From NCBI RefSeq assembly GCF_018977255.1, contig NW_024704743.1, forward strand, positions 16,432,001-16,496,000: a stretch of DNA of 64,000 bases, in the 5' to 3' direction. The stretch comes from Callorhinchus milii. Taxonomy: Eukaryota. Position 1 is the stretch's first letter. Each line of letters starts with the position of its first letter. The notes beneath the pieces were generated by a model. That model did no database searches. It was not told where the DNA came from and saw only the letters and a program-made list of their open reading frames with translations. Below, in pieces: positions 60,301 through 64,000 of the stretch. A program made the translations under genes and the position numbers.

Positions 60301-62027
60301 TCTTCACTGTGAATCACTATTAAGAAATTCTGTTTTGAAACACTGATTTTACTACCCCATTTAATGTGTATTCACAATGCTAGGCAGCAGGGAATGATTG
60401 TCACCATGTTTCCAGTGTTTGGGTGCAGGGATCATTGAGCAGTTGGAAGAATTTTATTGAAAGCTCCAAATTACACTGGAACCACATATTGGCACAGTTC
60501 TATTCCCTATAGATGTCTTACAGTTTTCCTCCACAGTCTCGTGCTTGTGATATAAGGAACCTATGGATGTAGTTCCCATTCACCATTTTGTTACAATTCC
60601 ATGCATATTATATCTATATCCTTCCTAAGTGGTGATATAAAAAGGGTGCTTGAAAGTTGAGATTTGTTTTTTGATTTTTTTTTAAGGTTTATTCCAATAC
60701 GTTTATATAAAGAAACTTACAGCAGCTCCTCATGTTTTTCTTTCGCTGAACAGTATCTGCATAACCTGTTTAAGCGAGATCACCATAAGGGACAGAAGTA
60801 TCATGAGCTACAGATCAGCCTGTTCGCTGAATACGATCGAAAAAATCTGCTTCCGTTCCTGCGAAACAGCACCCATTGCCCGCTGGAGAAGGTAAGAGCA
60901 TCTGACTGCACCATGGTGTGTCCAAGTAACCAAAACCTTAGGCAGGTTTCCTTACTCCACACGTCTCTGCTTACCTAGCAGTGAGTAGGAAACCAGTTGT
61001 TAGATGATTGGTGGATTGCTTTTCCGGGGGTATTAATGCCTATTAATTAATGTGGAGTCCTGTAGCTCAGTTGTGGAATCCTGCAGCTCAGTGGTTAGAG
61101 CACTCGCTTTGCAAGTGAGAGACCTGTGTTCAATTCCAGGCAGGGGGCGAAACCTTGGGCAAGTTTCCTTACTCCACACAGAGCCTAATAATAATCCCTC
61201 CAAAAACCCAAAACAATAATTAAATTGGTCATTTTCAATCTACGACTGTTTGTGGGACATTGCTGTGCGCAATTGGCTGCCGCGTTCGCCCACAAATATA
61301 CAGTCAATTCACTTTACAGTGTGTTCTGTGAAGCGCTTTGGGACGTCCTCCCGACGTGAAAAGCGCTATATCAAATGCAAGGATTATTATTATATATTAT
61401 TATTATTATTAACAATAAATATATATAAAAAATAAAAATTTGGTCACTCAATCCACGACTGTTTGTGGGACACTGCTGTGTGTAATTTGCCAACAAATGG
61501 CCAGTCACTCCAGTATACAGTACATTCTGTGATGGGCTTTGATACATCTCAATGACATGGAAAGGCGCTATATTAAATGCAAGGATTATTAGTATTCAGT
61601 CAATTCATTTAACAATATATTTGTCAAGTGGTTTGAGACATCTCAACAACATGATGGAGCGCTATATCAAATGCAAAGATCATTATTATTATTAAAATAA
61701 ACATGATGTAATTAACTCGCTCGAGTTACCAGAAGTGTTCTGAGGCCTGATATTCCATTGAAACTTCAACCATAATTTGGAAGTTGCTTTTCCAATGGAA
61801 AACTATTTCAACTCTTAATTCAAAGTGAGGGAAAATTGAGAAAATCCACATTTCTTAATTCCTGCTGCACCACTCCCAACAAGTATGATTAATTAATGTC
61901 AGAATAATTATTTACTTATTTTGCTCCCGGTCTGCCAGGTATCATACAATTATTACTGTTTGTTTTTTGTAGGCTCTCGAAATTTGCCAGGAGCGGAATT
62001 TTGTTGAAGAAACCGTATTTTTACTAA
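3262..62027 (+). CDS. VPS41: VPS41 (vacuolar protein sorting 41, HOPS subunit), partial gene: 21 spliced internal coding exons; 5' and 3' ends outside the window
   Basis: Exons join in frame with AG acceptors and GT donors (one GC). The peptide runs [19 protein letters not shown]...KCQKVLGKN...[14 protein letters not shown]...[18 protein letters not shown], colinear with vertebrate VPS41 (WD40 region, then clathrin-repeat region). Confidence 0.98.
5616..5693 (+). CDS. VPS41: VPS41 exon 4, [26 protein letters not shown]
   Basis: tacag|TTT, ATT|gtaagt, 78 nt. Confidence 0.96.
6085..6250 (+). mobile_element. L2 LINE 3' end
   Basis: cagtgccttgagacgtcctcatgacgtgaaaggcactatacaaatg followed by (gtt)n. 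Confidence 0.85.
9258..9612 (-). mobile_element. SINE type A
   Basis: Reverse-complement copy of the 1201-1545 family, with (aat)n tail at left. Confidence 0.88.
10482..10900 (-). mobile_element. Full-length Deu-domain SINE
   Basis: Reverse-complement homolog of 2575-2982 (gggatctttaatgtccacct, acaaccttctgactcag). Confidence 0.85.
11905..12541 (+). mobile_element. Two 5'-truncated Deu-type SINE copies (about 11905-12101 and 12305-12541)
   Basis: ctgtttgtggga cores and aaatgcaa(g/t)gattattatt tails. Confidence 0.8.
13440..13831 (-). mobile_element. SINE type B (13538-13831) plus adjacent tail fragment
   Basis: Reverse-complement tRNA head (ctctaaccattaagctacaggattccac) and shared core and tail. 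Confidence 0.85.
14505..14768. mobile_element. AmnSINE2-like fragments in opposite orientations
   Basis: gtggatgttggttgaggattggatcgggctaggctgtgatg (+) and gatcaggaagaggaaccctaattgat (-), both homologous to 19860-20165. Confidence 0.6.
15276..16057 (-). mobile_element. Young 5'-truncated L2 LINE (ORF2 C-terminus and 3' UTR), flanked by 9-bp direct repeat ttacagagg
   Basis: ORF 15430-16104 contains [13 protein letters not shown]...[10 protein letters not shown]...[21 protein letters not shown], typical of L2 ORF2; (caa)n tail; ttacagagg at 15267-15275 and 16058-16066. Confidence 0.95.
15371..15513 (+). repeat. 46-bp G-rich tandem repeat, about 3 copies, in the L2 3' UTR
   Basis: aaatggtcaggg recurs at 15378, 15424 and 15470. 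Confidence 0.9.
16385..17030 (-). mobile_element. 5'-truncated L2 LINE
   Basis: ORF fragments [12 protein letters not shown]...IQNSAARVL and [14 protein letters not shown]; (caa)n tail. Confidence 0.93.
17035..17350 (+). mobile_element. Deu-domain SINE, 5'-truncated
   Basis: gaggtgccgtccttcaagtgagatgtaaa core and gatgcaaggattgttatt tail. Confidence 0.75.
17840..17914 (+). CDS. VPS41: VPS41 exon 5, [25 protein letters not shown]
   Basis: ttcag|AGC, AAG|gtagga, 75 nt. Confidence 0.96.
19860..20165 (+). mobile_element. AmnSINE2-like SINE, degraded
   Basis: gggaaggtcccag...tacaattggc...gttcctgctcctga...tgtggacatt...gaggactggatc...tcgaatagcctgc...catgaaaagtgg, colinear with my recollection of the AmnSINE2 consensus. 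Confidence 0.65.
20445..20645 (+). mobile_element. L2 LINE 3' end
   Basis: [14 protein letters not shown] ORF2 end and gctatataaatgtaattttgttgttg tail. Confidence 0.75.
21050..21980 (+). mobile_element. Old CR1 LINE reverse-transcriptase remnants
   Basis: Degraded NLL.FFEEVT, D..K.FDK.PH, GNYR.I.LT and EEKDLGV motifs with frameshifts. Confidence 0.6.
22622..23000 (-). mobile_element. L2 LINE 3' fragment
   Basis: [11 protein letters not shown] in ORF 22657-22998; L2 tail at left. Confidence 0.78.
23260..23810 (+). repeat. Unclassified poly(A)-ended interspersed repeat, copy 1 (5' boundary uncertain)
   Basis: About 400 nt alignable by eye with 36887-37297; both end cggctgac(c) followed by A9. 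Confidence 0.8.
24235..24297 (+). CDS. VPS41: VPS41 exon 6, [21 protein letters not shown]
   Basis: aacag|GTC, AAA|gtaagt, 63 nt. Confidence 0.96.
25370..25678 (+). mobile_element. SINE type B (short linker)
   Basis: Full tRNA-like head, ccttgggcaagtttcc, core and tail. Confidence 0.92.
27125..27190 (+). CDS. VPS41: VPS41 exon 7, [22 protein letters not shown]
   Basis: ttcag|ATA, AAG|gtaagc, 66 nt. Confidence 0.96.
28048..28535 (+). mobile_element. SINE type B with internal duplication and nested L2 3' end (about 28205-28336)
   Basis: ctccacacgtct occurs three times; an L2 tail ending (gtt)n precedes resumption of the SINE linker ataataatccctc. Confidence 0.85.
28592..28711 (+). CDS. VPS41: VPS41 exon 8, [40 protein letters not shown]
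   Basis: ctctaag|TTG, GTG|gtaatt, 120 nt. Confidence 0.95.
30123..30269 (+). CDS. VPS41: VPS41 exon 9, [49 protein letters not shown]
   Basis: ttcag|GGA, AAG|gtacag, 147 nt. Confidence 0.97.
31850..31916 (+). CDS. VPS41: VPS41 exon 10, [22 protein letters not shown](V)
   Basis: ttcag|GTC, ATAG|gtgaga, 67 nt. Confidence 0.95.
32165..32385 (-). mobile_element. L2 LINE 3' fragment, degraded
   Basis: aacttacattcatgtagcgccttttac tail plus purine-rich UTR and ORF end. Confidence 0.6.
32660..32965 (+). mobile_element. Deu-domain SINE, degraded
   Basis: aagtggattttaaagatcctgtggcactat core. Confidence 0.7.
34455..35455. mobile_element. Nested SINE cluster: Deu SINE host, young type B insert, inverted fragments
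   Basis: Host Deu core is interrupted at 34653 and resumes at 34977; a minus-strand type A copy (about 35095-35455) is interrupted by a plus-strand fragment. Confidence 0.8.
34654..34976 (+). mobile_element. Young SINE type B with 13-bp target-site duplication AGAAGTGATTTTT
   Basis: Direct repeat at 34641-34653 and 34977-34989; nearly identical to 61073-61410. Confidence 0.93.
35860..36270 (-). mobile_element. SINE type A
   Basis: Reverse-complement head, linker, core and tail. Confidence 0.87.
36616..36713 (+). CDS. VPS41: VPS41 exon 11, (V)[32 protein letters not shown]
   Basis: tgcag|TT, GCG|gtaagg, 98 nt. Confidence 0.95.
36860..37297 (+). repeat. Unclassified poly(A)-ended interspersed repeat, copy 2
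   Basis: Homologous to 23416-23810; appears to interrupt a minus-strand L2 tail. Confidence 0.8.
38447..38576 (+). CDS. VPS41: VPS41 exon 12, [43 protein letters not shown](E)
   Basis: ttattaaaaag|GAC, TTAG|gtgagg, 130 nt. Confidence 0.94.
39140..39560 (-). mobile_element. Old CR1 LINE 3' fragment
   Basis: ccctttcataattctaaatactttgatcaaatc is the reverse complement of the DLI.VF.IMKG motif. Confidence 0.55.
41282..41397 (+). CDS. VPS41: VPS41 exon 13, (E)[38 protein letters not shown]
   Basis: tgcag|AG, GAA|gtaggt, 116 nt. Confidence 0.96.
41490..41546 (+). CDS. VPS41: VPS41 exon 14, [19 protein letters not shown]
   Basis: tttag|GAG, CTG|gtgagt, 57 nt. Confidence 0.96.
41786..42696 (+). 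mobile_element. Tigger/pogo-type non-autonomous DNA transposon with transposase N-terminal remnant; SINE nested at about 42300-42550
   Basis: TA-flanked imperfect TIRs (cagttgaaacccggtttgcggtcacctc / gagtgaccggttagtgaggttctactg); from ATG 42079 a disrupted [40 protein letters not shown], resembling a CENP-B/psq HTH. Confidence 0.8.
42915..44998 (-). mobile_element. About 2.1-kb 5'-truncated, frameshifted L2 LINE (RT region to 3' end)
   Basis: Fragments [59 protein letters not shown]; (caa)n tail. Confidence 0.95.
46120..46181 (+). CDS. VPS41: VPS41 exon 15, [20 protein letters not shown](R)
   Basis: tctag|GAT, AG|gtaagt, 62 nt. Confidence 0.96.
46255..46336 (+). CDS. VPS41: VPS41 exon 16, [27 protein letters not shown] (GC donor)
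   Basis: tctag|G, AAG|gcaagt, 82 nt; the GC donor is needed to stay in frame with the next exon. Confidence 0.93.
46455..47870 (-). mobile_element. Old L2 LINE fragment split by a young opposite-strand L2
   Basis: [11 protein letters not shown] and FKSLHGL fragments left of the insert; RT homology resumes after 47753. Confidence 0.75.
47218..47752 (+). mobile_element. Young 5'-truncated L2 LINE, same subfamily as 15276-16057
   Basis: [39 protein letters not shown]; tail gggacgtcctcccgacgtgaaaggcgc followed by (gtt)n. Confidence 0.95.
48582..49045 (-). mobile_element. L2 LINE 3' fragment, degraded
   Basis: Tail at left; gagccagtggag is the reverse complement of the LHWL codons. Confidence 0.7.
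50200..50885 (-). mobile_element. Tandem SINEs: truncated type A (50200-50452) and full Deu SINE (50455-50885)
   Basis: Reverse-complement cores, tails and Deu head (acaaccttctgact...actgagccaa). Confidence 0.83.
51730..51930 (-). mobile_element. SINE 3' half
   Basis: (aat)n tail and core. Confidence 0.82.
52104..52196 (+). CDS. VPS41: VPS41 exon 17, [31 protein letters not shown]
   Basis: cccag|GCA, GAG|gtaccg, 93 nt. Confidence 0.96.
52545..52685 (-). mobile_element. AmnSINE2-like fragment
   Basis: gaaccctggccgatttatccccctccc is the reverse complement of the gggagggg..aatc.gccagggttc motif. Confidence 0.5.
53895..54022 (+). CDS. VPS41: VPS41 exon 18, [42 protein letters not shown](L)
   Basis: tttaag|GGT, TT|gtgagt, 128 nt. 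Confidence 0.96.
54056..54425 (+). mobile_element. SINE type A
   Basis: Head, linker, core and tail present. Confidence 0.9.
54494..54775 (-). mobile_element. Deu-domain SINE, 5'-truncated
   Basis: atagtggcatgggatctttaaagtccacctgaa is the reverse-complement Deu core. Confidence 0.85.
55031..55175 (+). CDS. VPS41: VPS41 exon 19, [48 protein letters not shown]
   Basis: ttcag|G, GAG|gtaggg, 145 nt. Confidence 0.97.
55380..55610 (-). mobile_element. AmnSINE2-like copy, degraded
   Basis: caagtggccatt...cccaggggacactgagaccaatt...cagctgagatc, reverse-complement colinear with 19860-20165. Confidence 0.6.
55695..55811. mobile_element. Tc1/mariner-type MITE (about 117 bp) with TA target duplication
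   Basis: ta|cagggtgaccaaaaagt ... actttttgttcaccctg|ta; 16/17 TIR match. Confidence 0.8.
56696..56737 (+). CDS. VPS41: VPS41 exon 20, [14 protein letters not shown]
   Basis: ttcag|AAA, TCG|gtaagt, 42 nt. Confidence 0.95.
56897..56947 (+). CDS. VPS41: VPS41 exon 21, [17 protein letters not shown]
   Basis: ggtaaag|ATT, AAG|gtaagt, 51 nt. Confidence 0.94.
58095..58322 (+). mobile_element. L2 tail interrupted by a second, different L2 tail
   Basis: gtcctttccgac (58120-58131) and gtcctcccgac (58267-58277) flank the insert. Confidence 0.75.
58427..58751 (+). mobile_element. SINE type A with internal deletions
   Basis: Head, linker and tail present. Confidence 0.85.
59580..59805 (+). mobile_element. 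CR1 LINE 3' end
   Basis: VVR.WN.LP..V and KRKLD remnants; gttgggccaaatggcttgtttct...attctatgt tail. Confidence 0.7.
60754..60891 (+). CDS. VPS41: VPS41 exon 22, [46 protein letters not shown]
   Basis: aacag|TAT, AAG|gtaaga, 138 nt. Confidence 0.97.
60930..61693 (+). mobile_element. SINE cluster: type A host, nested young type B (61052-61410, 21-bp head duplication), extra tail
   Basis: Host linker ends at about 61045 and resumes at about 61430; gtggagtcctgtagctcagtt precedes gtggaatcctgcagctcagtgg. Confidence 0.85.
61973..62027 (+). CDS. VPS41: VPS41 exon 23, [18 protein letters not shown](S)
   Basis: tgtag|GCT, CTAA|gtaagt, 55 nt. Confidence 0.96.
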
Positions 62028-62689
62028 GTAAGTGGAAGCTAAACTTGGTGAGGTGGTGGGTGGAAGGGAAGGAGAGAGATTGATGAGTTTCAAAGTCTAG
62101 CCTGGAAAATAAGCCTCAATCTCCAATACAATAGCCACTAAACACTTCAAGAATCGAGTTAATGTCACAGTTGTGATGAATATCAGCTCAATGCAATAAT
62201 TTCTATCATTCCATCTGTGGACCAGTGTAAGCCTACCAAATGTAAATCAAAGGAAGGTAGGTGTAGGAAATGTTCAATGTATATCAAGGGATGTCTTGAA
62301 TTCTTGATGTTATTCTGGCATCAGACAGCCATCCCTGGGCTATCGTCTTGGATGTAACGTACACTCTATAACACGGGATAGACTGTATCATTTTGCTTGA
62401 AACCCAAACCATTCTCTGTCTCTGAAGCACTTATTGTCTCACAACTTGCAAAACAAGGTGGCATATCAATCCAATAGAAAGCAAAAGCTGGTTGCATGTA
62501 ATATGAACAGAAATGAAAACAACCAAGATATTGACATTCCCAGTTCTATGACATGTTCCTGTTGCAATTTTTCAGTTGTGTAATGGAGACAAATTTACCT
62601 CCAGTAATAAATGTGCTATTTGTTGTGACACGGTTTAGAAAGAGGCAATATTTTTTTTTAAAATACCCTTTTTCTGTTCTATCCATCCA

Positions 62690-62830
62690 GCATGATGGCT
62701 AACTGCTGTGCGTAATTGGCTGCTGCGTTTCAGCCACAAAATATGCAGTTAATTCACTTTACAGTATTTCTGTGAAGCGCTTTGAGACGTCTCAACGACG
62801 TGATAAGGCGCTATACCAATACAAGGATTT
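62690..62830 (+). mobile_element. SINE 3' fragment
   Basis: Core and tail. Confidence 0.8.
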
Positions 62831-63604
62831 GTATTTTTTTTGTACTTTTGCTTTAAGTGGTAAATACTGCCATCCACTGGACTTTATCTCTCATTGACAA
62901 TAATGGTGACAAAATAAGTGGATGTGAAACAACAGTAATTCCTGAAGAAAACATTTGTAGCACTTGGGGTTTCAGATATCTGGAGAGGTATTTGGGAGTG
63001 ATATGGCCTGCATATATTTAGGATCCATTCTCTGTAAAATGAATTGTTTTTGAAAGGTCTTGACCAGTGGTTGCTGTGCAGCACTTGATATGGTGTTTCA
63101 ATATGATGTGGTGTTAAAAATGCTAGTTCTCTCCCCAAAAAATAGCGTGACCTGAACAGTAATGATTTCTACAGTGTTTCTGTAAATATGCTTTCCTTTT
63201 AATTTACTGTTCTCCGAAGTAATTTGAACAGAAACATAAAAGGTTTCTATAGTGTTTTAGTATATGTATCCTCCTTCCTTCCCCTTCCTCCCCACCCCCA
63301 CCTTCAATGTAGTAACCTTTGCTAAGTCACCTCAACGCTGTAGCTACAGGGGCAGTGCAGGGAAGAGCCTAGGTACTCTGCCAACTGGCTCATCTGCTAA
63401 TTCCTCAAAACCTTACCACAATGGCCAAGGTTCAAGTCTAGAGTTTGATGGGTGCAGCTAAACCAACATCTTCTTGGAGCAGATAGTTCACTTGATCAGG
63501 GCCCCGGCCACTCAGGTCAATATCTGCTGTCGCTCTCACACAGGCACTTCCAAGTCGCTCACAATCCTGACTCAGATGCACGTTGCTGTTATTTCATCGA
63601 TAAT

Positions 63605-63770
63605 TTCAATCCACAACTGTTTGTGAGAGATTGCTGTGCGCAATTGGCTGCCACTTTTTGCCCACAGAATACACTGTCAATCCACTTTACGGTATATTCT
63701 GTGAAGTGCTTTGAGACATCTCAATGACGTGATAAAGCATTATATCAAATGCAAGGGTTATTATTATTTA
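63605..63770 (+). mobile_element. SINE 3' fragment
   Basis: Core and tail. Confidence 0.8.
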
Positions 63771-64000
63771 TAGTATCACAAACTCAGTCCTCAACATATG
63801 AACTAGTTTCACCCGATTTTACACTTCCGTTATTGGATGCCTATGGGATTTATGCTCTCAGGATTTTGTAGTACTTCTAATAATAAGTAACTATTCCAAT
63901 CAATTCAGATGCGGCTGTGGTTTGCTGGCGACCGATATTGTTGAATTATCCAAAGATTTAATAGAAACCACACTCATTAGTCCAAAGTTACACTCTTTCG

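Noticed and set aside
1..64000. CRISPR array or prokaryotic defence/operon system
   Set aside because: The window is spliced vertebrate gene sequence; recurring motifs are dispersed SINE/LINE copies, not repeat-spacer arrays

Overview
This is eukaryotic (vertebrate) genomic DNA, not prokaryotic. The window lies inside one + strand gene, VPS41 (HOPS tethering complex subunit). I traced 21 consecutive internal coding exons (3262-62027, 1921 nt, one continuous reading frame). They correspond to human exons 3-23, numbered from my recollection of the human gene; the start and stop codons lie outside the window. One intron has a GC donor (46337). The introns are dense in tRNA-derived Deu-type SINEs, their partner L2 LINEs, old CR1 fragments and Tc1/mariner-pogo (Tigger) DNA elements. 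That repeat content suggests a cartilaginous fish, possibly a holocephalan (inference). The most interesting non-genic signals are: a MER121-like inverted-repeat element (2128-2496); several AmnSINE2-like copies; an unidentified, hairpin-rich, poly(A)-ended repeat in two copies (about 23260-23810 and 36860-37297); SINE subfamilies with swapped heads and a tail matching the youngest L2; and repeated insertion of elements into other L2/SINE copies. Repeat-family names come from remembered consensus sequences and need database confirmation. Most ORFs in the supplied track are spurious or repeat-derived. I found no convincing novel protein-coding system.
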